Of a stretch of 64,000 bases of DNA, positions 1 through 64,000 are shown in pieces. Position 1 is the first letter of the stretch, and each line of letters starts with the position of its first letter. A model generated the notes under the pieces. That model had not been told where the DNA came from and ran no database searches. It saw nothing but the letters and a program-made list of their open reading frames with translations. The DNA comes from Eledone cirrhosa (taxonomy: Eukaryota), in contig OZ024766.1 in NCBI GenBank assembly GCA_964016885.1, positions 11,284,001 to 11,348,000 on the forward strand, given 5' to 3'. Made by a program: the position numbers and the translations under genes.

Positions 1-525
1 AACTCCTGTATGCTGATGACCTCGCACTCATAGCTGAATCTATGGTAGAACTAGAGAATAAATTCCAAACCTGGAAGCAGGGACTAGAGAGAAAGGGCCT
101 TAAAGTCAACATGACAAAGACTAAGGTCCTTATAAGTAGACGAGAAAACAGAACCCAGATCCCCTCAGGGAAATGGCCTTGCTCAGTATGTAGGAAAGGT
201 GTAGGTAGGAACTCCATTCTTTGCCCCAAATGCAAACAATGGGTACACAAGAGATGTAGCGGGATCTCAGGCCACGGCAAAAAAGCACCCAGCCCACACT
301 GTAAAGTGGACGTGTAGGCGCCACGAAAAAGCACCCAGCACTCACTGTAAATGAGGTTGGTGTTAGGAAGGGCATCCAGCTGTAGAAATCAAGCCAGATC
401 AGTTCCTGTATGAGCAAGGCATGGTCAGCCGACCAGACACTGCCCACAACAGGACAACCCGTCTAACCCATGCTAGCGTGGAAGAACGGACGTAAAACGG
501 TGATGATGATGATGATGATGATGAT
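1..525 (+). mobile_element. RTE-clade LINE remnant (RT C-terminal part + Cys-rich finger + 3' tail)
   Basis: LLYADDLALIAES..GLKVNMTKTK..WPCSVCRKGVGRNSILCPKCKQWVHKRCSG, joined directly to an RTE-type 3' tail ending in (GAT)n. Confidence 0.85.
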
Positions 526-1012
526 GTGTATATATATATATATGTGTGTATATATATATATATGTGTATATATGTGTGTATATATATATGTATATATATA
601 TATGTGTATATATGTGTATATATATATATATGTGTATATATATATATATGTGTATATATGTGTATATATATATATGTGTATATATATATATATATGTATA
701 TATATATGTGTATATATATATATATGTGTATATATGTGTATATATATATATATGTGTATATATGTGTATATATATATATGTGTATATATATATATATATG
801 TATATATATATGTGTATATATGTGTATATATATATGTGTGTATGTGTATATATATATGTGTGTATATATATATATATATGTGTGTATATATATATATATA
901 TGTGTATATATATATATATATGTGTGTATATATATATATATATGTGTATATATATATATATATGTGTATATATATATATGTGTATATATATATGTGTATA
1001 TATATATATATG

Positions 1013-1081
<69 letters not shown>

Positions 1082-1167
1082 GTATATATATATGTGTATA
1101 TATATATGTGTATATATATATGTGTATATATGTATATATATATGTGTATATATATATGTATATATAT

Positions 1168-1207
<40 letters not shown>

Positions 1208-1362
1208 GTATATATATATATGTGTATATATATATATGTGTGTATATATATATGTATGTATATATATATATATGTGTATATATATATGTATGTATATATA
1301 TATATATGTGTATATATATATGTATATATATATGTATATATATATATGCGTATATATGTATG

Positions 1363-1395
<33 letters not shown>

Positions 1396-1731
1396 GTGTA
1401 TATGTATATATATATATGTGTATATATGTATATATATGTGTATATATGTATATATATATGTATATATGTATATATATATGTATATATATATATGTATATA
1501 TATATATGTGTATATATGTATATATATATATGTATATATATATATGTGTATATATGTATATATATATATGTGTATATATGTATATATATATATATATATG
1601 TGTATATATGTATATATATATGTATATATATGTGTATATATGTATATATATATATATATATGTGTATATATGTATATATATATATGTGTATATATGTATA
1701 TGTATATATATATATGTGTATGTATATATGT
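526..1731. repeat. (TA)n/(TG)n compound microsatellite
   Basis: ~1.2 kb of TA/TG dinucleotides; similar tracts at ~15480-16510, 21240-21565, 22975-23400, 28740-29390, 36120-36860, 46165-46560, 60240-60655. Confidence 0.98.
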
Positions 1732-2050
1732 ATAGGAAAAAGTATGACCCCGACGGCAGAGCTCAAGCCGTTTCAACAGCTATTTCTAGACTAAATTAGA
1801 ATTTTTAGCCTGGTAAATAAATAGCCGAACTTGTCAACGGGTACTTCCATATAAGGAAGTACCCCTTGACAAGTTCAGCTATTTATTTACCAGGCTAAAA
1901 ATTCTAATTTAGTCCAGAAATAGCCGTCGAAACGGCTTGAGCTCTGCCGTCGGGGTCATACTTTTTCCTATTACCCACTCTACTACCATAAGTATTGAGT
2001 ACTCTGGTGCGTTATGGTCCATCTGGTTCCTTACCACAATTCCTTCGTTA
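1732..2050. mobile_element. Palindromic Penelope-like element, family H1
   Basis: Inverted arms 1732-1848/1855-1971 plus a one-sided tail; a second copy at 12997-13239 has a different turn-around point. Confidence 0.7.
1861..1956 (+). ncRNA. Type-I hammerhead ribozyme motif with variant UUGACAA core (U3:A8)
   Basis: ACCCC-TTGACAA-[stem II gctattt..aaatagc]-GAAACGGC-loop-GCCGTC-GGGGT. Confidence 0.65.
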
Positions 2051-2242
2051 TATATATATACATTTTTTAAGTGGGGAAAGGCCTTGCACTCTACCAATCG
2101 CACTCCCTGAGCATCGAAAGCACTACCTGAAAAGGAGAACTGGTCAACATCATCGGATGCTTCCGAAGATGCAGTTTTTTTTTCTAAGTTTCCCTCTCCT
2201 AGAAAGATGTTGTGACAACAACTGGGGGCCTTTCACTCCCAT

Positions 2243-2580
2243 ATCATCATCATTTCATTTTACGTCCGCTTTTTCCCTGCTTGCAAGGGTGGGACGGGAA
2301 CTGATTCTGGCTTGATTTCTACAGCTGGATGCCCTTCCTAACACCAACCTCATTTACAGTGAGTGCTGGGTGCTTTTTTGCCGTGGCACCTCCACGACCA
2401 CTTTGCAGTGGAATGATATGGACCCCAGTCCCTATCATCTCATTTCTACAGCTGAGTAAACTGGAGCAATGTGAAATAAAGTGTCTTGCTCAAGGAAACA
2501 ACACATCAACCGGTCTGAGAATTGAACTCACAACCTTTCGATTGCAAGGCCAATGCTCTAACCACTAAGCCATGTGCCTC
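2243..2580 (-). mobile_element. tRNA-derived SINE family A (~330 bp, RTE-type 3' tail)
   Basis: A box TGGCTTAGTGG, B box GAGTTCAATTC, central CCTTGAGCAAGACACTT, (GAT)n tail. Other copies: 5628-6102+, 6550-6885+, 8339-8672+, 9394-10248+, 26499-26658+, 29725-30059-, 31000-31340-, 34957-35616-, 40804-41148-, 47653-48043+, 53735-54075+. Confidence 0.9.
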
Positions 2581-3539
2581 TGAATATACACACATTTATA
2601 CACACCCTAACTATATTTCCTTATTTTATTTTTTTATATATCTCTTGCATTACTTTCATTTATATATTTTTTGCCCGTTAAACTTTTGCCTTTCTTGAGG
2701 AGATTTTTCAAATATTTCACTATGTTTTAAATTGCCTTGTCTGACGAACGAATGAGGATGTTTCTTGTATTCGTCTTATTCGGGAAACCTCTGGTAATGA
2801 GGTAATTATATTGTATTGTTTATTATACATTAAATTATATATATTGTATTGTTTGTTATACATTAAATTATATCTATCTATATATATATATTGTGTGTGT
2901 GTATACATATGTATGTGTGTAAACACCATTTACACACCCCTGTCATATATGTGTGTATATATATATATATAGACGTAGAAAAATTCTTCAGGAAAAAAAG
3001 AAAAAAATAATTATTCACAAACTTGACAGGTGCGATTTGCCAGTGACCATTCTCAACACAAAAGAAATACTAAAAGCTTTTTCCCCTGAATAAAGGAATT
3101 TTTCGAGAATGACCGGGGCAGGCTGCACTTGCTACATTTCTCCCCACCCAACCTTACTCACCGTCTCAACTCATTACTGCTATGAACACGTTTTCAACAC
3201 ACCTACACCCATGCACTTATTAAAGGGGGAGAAAAGAAACCCCCACCACACCACAGACATGTTAAATCCCTATATATAGAACAACACACCACATACACAT
3301 CAGTTTGACAAGCGCACCTCAGCGTGAAAGGTCTTTCTAAAAACGAAACAATACCTCCTACGTTAACCAAGAACTCCTAAGACCTAACCAACAGCCAACA
3401 ACTTAATTTATAAAATAATTTTTTTTAAGAAAAATTCTTTTGGGATTTTGTGAAGAAAATAAATTTGTTGAAAGCACAAGTGAAGCCATTTTTCTTCCCC
3501 CCTCCCATCCCCCCCTCCCCACCCCATCCACACCACCCC

Positions 3540-3957
3540 CTCCTATGTAAAGTTATGTTGGTGCCACACCATCCAGGCCGAAACAAATGAGATCGTGTAG
3601 GTGTCACGACAAAAAAACACACAGTCCACGCTGTAATGTGGCCGTGTAGGTAACACGGTAAAAACCTCCCAGTCCCACACTGTAAATGTGGTTGGTGTTA
3701 GGAAGGGCATCCAGCTGTAGAAAACCCGCCAGATAGTCCACGCTGTAATGTGGCCGTGTAGGCAACACGGTAAAAACTTCCCAGTTCCATACTGTAAATG
3801 TGGTTGGTGTTAGGAAGGGCATCCAACTGTAGAAAACCCGCCAGACAGTCCTATGCGAGCAAGACAATCACTCTTGCCTCAAGTGGGAATACCCCCGTCC
3901 AAACCCATGCAAGCGTGGAACACGGACGTTAAACGTTGATGATGATGATGATGATGA
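3540..3957 (+). mobile_element. RTE LINE 3'-UTR fragment (family C)
   Basis: Same sequence follows the RTE ORF stop at 54681-55065; other copies at 12556-12830-, 23568-26200-, 38620-39067+. Confidence 0.8.
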
Positions 3958-4273
3958 TATATATATATATACACATGTACTCTAGTAAAATAGGTCAAAC
4001 CTATTATATGCATTGTGTGAGGTATGTATAAAATGTAACAAGCTCGCATAGAATTATAAACACATTGTGTGTAGATTATGGGTCTCAACTGAGTGTATAT
4101 AGTGATATATAATACCTCAAATAGGACTAAAGGGTGTGTTTGTAAATACATATATGTATGTATATATGGACATGTATTATATATATGTATATGTTTGTCT
4201 ATGTATGTATATATATATGTATATGTACATGTATGTGTATATAGATATAAAATGCATTCAGCCCCCCCCCCCC

Positions 4274-4998
4274 CTCTGTAAAGTGGTAGTGGTTGGTGTC
4301 ATGATAAAATACACCCAGTACACTCTGTAAAGTGGTAGTGTTGGTGTCATGATATAATACACCCAGTACACTCTGTAAAGTGCTAGTGCTGGTACCATGA
4401 TAAAATACACCCAGTACACTCTGTAAAGTGCTAGTGCTGGTACCATAACATACACCCAGTACACTCTGTAAAGTGGTAGTGCTGGTACCATGATATAATA
4501 CACCCAGTACACTCTGTAAAGTGGTCGTGATGGTGTCATGATAAAATACACCCTGTACACTCTGTAAAGTGGTAGTGATGGTGTCATGATAAAATACACC
4601 CAGTACACTCTTTAAAGTGGTAGTGCTGGTACCATGATATAATACACCCAGTACACTCTGTAAAGTGGTAGTGTTGGTGTCATGATAAAATACACCCAGT
4701 ACACTCTGTAAAGTGGTAGTGTTGGTGTTGATAAATTACACCCAGTACACTCTGTAAAATGGTAGTGTTGGTGCCACAATAAATTACACCCAGTACACTC
4801 TGTAAAATGGTAGGGTTTGTGCAACAATAAAATACACCCAGTACACTCTAAAGTGGTAGTGCTGGTGTCATGATAAACTTCACCCAGTACACTCTGTAAA
4901 GTGGTAGTGCTGGTGTCATGATAAAATACACCCAGTACACTCTGTAAAGTGGCCAAGATGGTGTCACAATAAAAAAACACCCATGTCACTCTGTAAAG
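4274..4998. repeat. ~48-bp minisatellite, ~15 units, related to the SINE/RTE internal module
   Basis: Unit ctctgtaaagtggtagtgttggtgtcatgataaaatacacccagtaca. Confidence 0.9.
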
Positions 4999-5307
4999 CT
5001 GGTTGACATTAGGAAACCTAGATGTTAAACGGTGATATTTAAGCTGTGATATTTAAATCTTATGCTAATGACTGAAAACAAGAGTTGGTTAATACAACTA
5101 TGACTGACTCTAAATGTTAAAATAGTTCTACAAATTATGGTAAATAATCGCTTAGCTGTTTCCCCTCGCCTGCCTTGTGTCTATATTTATTTGCATTTGC
5201 ATTGATCAGTAGAGGGTCGGTCACCCTGCTTCGCGACAGAGTTACAGTTCAGTACATTCTGAGTGCAAATCCCCTTCAAATTACTGGCTTTGTGCCTAAA
5301 GTAGAAA

Positions 5308-5612
5308 CATCACCATCATACGTCCGCTTTCTCTTGCTTGCAAGGGCAGGACGGGTCCTATTCAGCACGGCATCTCTCCATTCATCACGGTCCTTCGTCA
5401 TCTCCTCTGTGAGCTTCAGCGATCTGAGGTCTGCTCTCACCACCTCCGACCATGTTTTTCGTGGACTTCCTCTACTGCGTCTTCCTTCTACTGGGATTTC
5501 TTGACACTTTTTTACCCAGCGGTCATCCTCCATGTGCATCACATGTCTATACCAACACAGTCTTCTCTCCTGCACACTACAGCTTATCCCTCTTATGCAC
5601 AGTTTCTCTCTC
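5308..5612 (-). mobile_element. RTE LINE 3' end (ORF C-terminus)
   Basis: RLCWYRHVMHMEDDRWVKKC..EGRRSRGSPRKTW..DRDEWR; related pieces at 6128-6525-, 10682-10760+, 33195-33401+, 45925-46166+. Confidence 0.85.
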
Positions 5613-7350
5613 AATAGTATATATATATGAAGGCACATGGTTTAGTGGCTAGAGCATTGGACTTGCAATCGAAAGGTTGTGAGTTCAATTCTCAGACCGG
5701 GTGATGTGTTGCTTCCTTGAGCAAGACACTTTATTTCACATTGCTCCAGTTTACTCTGCTGTAGAAATGAGATGATAGGGACTGGGGTCCCTATCATTCC
5801 ACTGCAAAGTGGTCGTGGAGGTGCCACGGCAAAAAAGCACCCAGCCTACACTGTAAGGTGGTCGTGGAGGTGCCACGGCAAAAAAGCACCCAGCCCACAC
5901 TGTAAGGTGGTCGTGGAGGTGCCACGGCAAAAAAGCACCCAGCCCACACTGTAAGGTGGTCGTGGAGGTGCCACGGCAAAAAAGCACCCAGCCCACACTG
6001 TAAATGAGGTTGGTGTTAAGAAGGGCATCCAACTGTAGAAATCAAGCCAGAATCAGTTCCTGTCCCACCCTTGCAAGCAGGGAAAAACGGATGTAAAATG
6101 ATGATATATATATATATATATATATCTCATCATCATCATCATTTTCCCTACTTGCAAGGGTGGGATGGGTCCTATTCAGCACAGCATCTCTCCATTTGTC
6201 AGTCATTCATCATCTCCTCTGTGAGTTTCAGCGATCTGAGGTCAGCTCTCATCACCTCCGTCCATGTTTTTTGTGGTCTTCCTCTACTGCGTCTTCCTTC
6301 TACTGGGATTTCTTGGCACTTCTTTACCCAGCGGTCATCCTCCATGTACATCACATCTCCATACCATCTCAGTCTTCCCTCACCACAGTATATCCCTCTT
6401 ATACACAGTTTCTCTCTCAACTCATCTATGCTTGGTCGTTCACGCACATTGACATTAGACATCCAATGGAGCATGCTGCTTGCTTCATTTCTCTCCAGCC
6501 ATCGTATATCCTCTGCAGTTGCTGCCTATATATATATATATGGGCACATGGGGGCACATGGCTTAGTGGTTAGAGCATTGGCCTTGCAATCGAAAGGTTG
6601 CGAGTTCAATTCTCAGACCGGGTGATGTGTTGTTTCCTTGAGCAAGACACTTTATTTCACATTGCTCCAGTTTACTCAGCTGTAGAAATGAGATGATAGG
6701 GACTGGGGTCCCTATCATTCCACTGCAAAGTGGTCGTGGAGGTGCCACGGCAAAAAAGCACCCAGCACTCACTGTAAATGAGGTTGGTGTTAGGAAGGGC
6801 ATCCAGCTGTAGAAATCAAGCCAGAATCAATTCCCGTCCCACCCTTGCAAGCAGGGAAAAGTGGACGTAAAATGAAATGATGAAAATGAAACAAACATAA
6901 ATTATCGAGATTCGCATTTCGGCCTACGAAATAACGAAAAACAACCTCCGAGATGGGCAGCAAGTGCTCAATGATTCAGAAGAACCAGAGCTATAACAAA
7001 CGTTAAAGGCCAAACACACTGAGACGATGGTTAAACAATCATTCGCATAGCCAAAAAAACGATCAAGTAATTCGGGTATTGAAAATTTACCCGGACCCCT
7101 GGAAGGTTGGTAAAATCCAGTATATGGGTTTATGCGGCTCCTAAATCAAGTACCGTCCGCTTACATATATAATGTCAGGCTTCTGGTAAGATGATTGAAC
7201 AAGGAAGCCACTATATATATATATATATATATATATTTATTAAAATAACAGATTAAAGTTTAAGCAAAGAATCGCTGCTTTCACCCTTAACGGGATCTTC
7301 TGAAACTTATCGAGCCCTCTTTGGATTTTAGTCTTCAAATTTATTATTAT

Positions 7351-7425
<75 letters not shown>

Positions 7426-8292
7426 AGAGAGAGAGAGACACACACTCATGTGTGTGTCTGTGTGTATATCATGACTCGTACACTGTTCACTTTCCTGACA
7501 TTTGTTCATTATTCTATATACTGTACATGCACCTTTGATGAGTTGTAGTGCACCTGAGCACTGTACACAATAATTTCATTATTTTCATTTGTAGCATTGG
7601 TTTTAGTTTTAGCTGATTCTAGATTCTTCCGCTAAATAATGGTAGTTGTGACCTTGATGACAGAAATTCCTTGTTTATCAAGTTACATTTGGGGGTTAGA
7701 ATTTCAGCCGTAAAATGTGGCAAACTTGCTAGAGTCATAGAAACGTGGAGTTTTATATATTTATATTTTATATATTATATCATTATCTATAAAAGGCAGA
7801 TTGTTGTTGTTATTGTTGTTGTTGCTGTTGTTTGTGTGTGCATGTTCCATGTTTATACATTTGCACAATTTCAAACCGATTCGACTCAAAGTCTGTAAGA
7901 ATGTTGTAAATGGACTATCTTAGGTCAACGACTATTTATTTCATTCAAACTCACCCACAATTACAGAAATAATTGATAAAACTAAATTCATGACGCTTTA
8001 CTCCTCTAATACAATCTGATTACCTCTCTCTACTCCCCTTAAAATTCGATAAAACTACATACATGCTGCAACTTTCTCTTATATACGATTAAACTTACAA
8101 ACTTCAGGGAGAAAGTGAGAGAGAGAACGTTTGTTTTTGAGTGTGGAACAGTCAAACATTTATTTACTTCAATGACAAAGAGAAATTATTACATTTCATA
8201 CGAAACAATTATTCAAAAGCAACAGATAAATTTATTCAACAACAAAAAAAATAGTGATAAATCTTTTTTAAAACATCTATCAACGAACGTTT

Positions 8293-8334
<42 letters not shown>

Positions 8335-8668
8335 ATATGGAGGCACATGGCTTAGTGGTTAGAGCATTGGCCTTGCAATTGAAAGGTTGAGTTCAATTCT
8401 CAGACTGGGTGATGTGTTGTTTCCTTGAGCAAGACACTTTATTTCACAGTGCTCCAGTTTACTCAGCTGTAGAAATGAGAAGATAGGGACTGGGGTCCCT
8501 GTCATTCCACTGTAAAGTGGTCGTGGAGGTGCCATGGCAAAAAAGCACCCAGCACTCACTGTAAATGAGGTTGGTGTTAGGAAGGGCATCCAGCTGTAGA
8601 AATCAAGCCAGAATCAGTTCCCTTCCCACCCTTGCAAATAGGGAAAAGTGGACGTATGATGATGATGA

Positions 8669-8718
<50 letters not shown>

Positions 8719-9121
8719 CCATACATACACACACACACTCATATATAAATGCATATACACTCATATATATATATATATGTACATATATATGTGTGTATGG
8801 ATGCGTGTGTGTGTATATATATATGTGTGTATATATAATATATATGATGATTATGATGTAGTAATTGTCTTTAACTTAACACTCCCCATCACCATTACCC
8901 TTTCACCATCACCACTACCCCCACCATTACACACACCCCACCACCACCAACCCAACAGTGGCGACCCCTATCAACAGATAACAGGCAAAGTTTTCTGGAA
9001 TTTGAACATTGGTCTGTAGATTAGGAGGGGAACTTAAGTCACAAGATGTGTTAGAAATAGCAGCCAAATCTCCTAATACACCCCACTGTCTTGTGTGTGT
9101 ATGTGTATATATGTGTGTATG

Positions 9122-9156
<35 letters not shown>

Positions 9157-9440
9157 ATATATGAGCGTGTATGGATGTGTGTGTGTGTGTGCAGGTATAT
9201 GTGTGTATGTATGTATATATATATATATATGTGTGTGTGTTTATATATATCTATGAATCTATATATAGATATTATATATAGCTTCTACAGGACTAGAACT
9301 GTTTCATTCAGGAGAAATCATCAGGCTTCCTGATGATTTCTAGTCCTGTAGGTTACCCCCGATTGAACCCAGGATAAACTTATATATATATTAACTCAGC
9401 TGTAGAAATGAGATGATAGGGACTGGGGTCCCTATCATTC

Positions 9441-10142
9441 CACTGCAAAGTGGTCGTGGAGGTGCCACGGCAAAAAATCACCCAGCACTCACTGTAAAGT
9501 GGTCGTGGAGGTGCCACGGCAAAAAATCACCCAGCACTCACTGTAAAGTGGTCGTGGAGGTGCCACGGCAAAAAAGCACCCAGCACTCACTGTAAAGTGG
9601 TCGTGGAGGTGCCACGGCAAAAAAGCACCCAGCACTCACTGTAAAGTGGTCGTGGAGGTGCCACGGCAAAAAAAGCACCCAGCACTCACTGTAAAGTGGT
9701 CGTGGAGGTGCCACGGCAAAAAAAGCACCCAGCACTCACTGTAAAGTGGTCGTGGAGGAGCCACGGCAAAAAAAGCACCCAGCACTCACTGTAAAGTGGT
9801 CGTGGAGGTGCCACGGCAAAAAAAAGCACCCAGCACTCATTGTAAAGTGGTCGTGTAGGTGCCACGGAAAAAAAGCACCCAGCACTCACTGTAAAGTGGT
9901 CGTGGAGGTGCCACGGCAAAAAAGCACCCAGCACTCACTGTAAAGTGGTCGTGGAGGTGCCACGGCAAAAAAAGCACCCAGCACTCACTGTAAAGTGGTC
10001 GTGGAGGTGCCACGGCAAAAAAGCACCCAGCACTCACTGTAAAGTGGTCGTGGAGGTGCCACGGCAAAAAAAGCACCCAGCACTCACTGTAAAGTGGTCA
10101 TGTAGGTGCCACGGCAAAAAAAGCACCCAGCACTCACTGTAA
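9441..10142 (+). repeat. ~49-bp tandem array inside a SINE A copy (~14 units)
   Basis: Unit cactgtaaagtggtcgtggaggtgccacggcaaaaaagcacccagcact. Confidence 0.95.
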
Positions 10143-10243
10143 ATGAGGTTGGTGTTAGGAAGGGCATCCAGCTGTAGAAATCAGGCCAGAATCAGCTCCC
10201 GTCCCACCCTTGCAAGCAGGGAAAAGGCGAACGTAAAATGATG

Positions 10244-10297
<54 letters not shown>

Positions 10298-10442
10298 CAT
10301 CATATATATAGTTGTCTTAAATCCATATGACTAGTCTTAATGTCATATGATTGGTCCTTAGGTCAGTTAGCTGTGCCTTAAACACTGACTAACCATGAAA
10401 CCTTGTTTGACCCCTAATTTACATATTTCTCTCCCATTTCAG

Positions 10443-63053
<52,611 letters not shown>

Positions 63054-63109
63054 GTAAGCTCAATCTATCTTTTGTTATATCTTTTCTTTTCTTCTCTTTC
63101 CCCCCCCTC

Positions 63110-63480
63110 CCCTCCTCTTTTTTATGTCCCGATGAAGGACAAGTGTCTGAAACATTAACTCTTTTTCAACTTTTGTTCCATCTTTTGTTTTCTTTCCGCC
63201 TCTCTTTTTTGTTTTGATGAAGGACTAGTATCCGAAACGTTAAGACTCTTTTCCATCTTTTGTTTTCCTTTTCCCCCCTCTTTATTTTATGTTCCGGTGA
63301 AGGACTAGTATCCAAAACGTTAAGACTCTTTTCCATCTTTTGTTTTCCTTTTTCCTCCTCTTTATTTTATGTTCCGGTGAAGGACTAGTATCCAAAACGT
63401 TAAGACTCTTTTCCATCTTTTGTTTTCCTTTTCCCCCTCTTTATTTTATGTTCCGATGAAGGACTAGTATCTGAAACGAT
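63110..63480. repeat. ~80-bp tandem repeat x5 with hammerhead-like motif
   Basis: ttccgatgaaggactagtatccgaaacgttaagactc. Confidence 0.8.
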
Positions 63481-64000
63481 TCAATATATTTTCCCTTCCC
63501 CAAAATTGCCAGCCTTGTGTCTAAATCAGAAACCATTATTATTATTATGGTGGTGGATTGACAGTATCGGGAGAAGGTCAGACGCCGTGCCTTGCAGCAC
63601 AGAGTTAAGGCCCTTTACGTTCTGAGTTTAAATCCTGCCGAGGTTAACTTTGCCTTTCATCCTTACGGGTTCGATAAAATAAAGTACCAGTAATACACTG
63701 GGTTAGATTTAATCAACTTTCTTCACTCCCCCCCAAATTGCTGGCCTCATGCCTAAATCAGAAGCCATTATTTATTTATGCAGCATAGAGTTATGGCCCT
63801 TTGCCTTCTGAGTTCAAATCCCACCAAGGTTAGCTTTGCTTTTCATCCTTACGGGGGTTGATAAAATAAAGTACCAGTAATACACTGGGGTAATTGCTGG
63901 CCTTGTGCCGAAAGTAGAAACAATTATTACAGGGTCGATAAAATAAAGTACCAGTAATACACTGGGGTAATTGCTGGCCTTGTGCCTAAAGTAGAAACAA

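Noticed and set aside
399-1799. 400+ aa Ile/Tyr/His/Val-rich ORFs in several frames (also near 15600-16600, 21100-21600, 28640-29470, 36200-36940, 60180-60700)
   Set aside because: Translations of stop-free (TA)/(TG) microsatellites, not genes.
6550-6625. tRNA gene
   Set aside because: A/B boxes are present but there is no proper acceptor stem, and it continues into SINE body in many copies.
1-10442. First coding exon or promoter of GAK
   Set aside because: No segment encoding the expected N-terminus (ending near ..AE-G with a phase-1 donor) was recognised; it probably lies upstream of the window.

Overview
AT-rich, microsatellite- and transposon-dense animal genomic DNA. The SINE, RTE and MITE repeats resemble those of octopod cephalopods, which is an inference. 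The window holds 19 spliced coding exons on the + strand (10443..63053) of a cyclin-G-associated kinase / auxilin-2 (GAK) orthologue: NAK-family kinase, PTEN-like pseudophosphatase, C2 domain, and a 1.5-kb low-complexity clathrin/adaptor-binding exon. The first coding exon and the C-terminal J-domain exons were not found and probably lie outside the window. All 18 junctions are GT-AG and phase-consistent, and one (12130..16629) has U12 minor-spliceosome signals. The introns contain two tRNA-derived SINE families, RTE/CR1/L1-Tx1-like LINE remnants, MITEs and many minisatellites expanded from TE fragments. The most notable finding is several unrelated families of long palindromes, mostly set in (TA)n, that encode type-I hammerhead ribozyme motifs (Penelope-like architecture). 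One has a compensatory U3:A8 core. There are also two candidate in-frame microexons in the kinase-to-PTEN linker intron.
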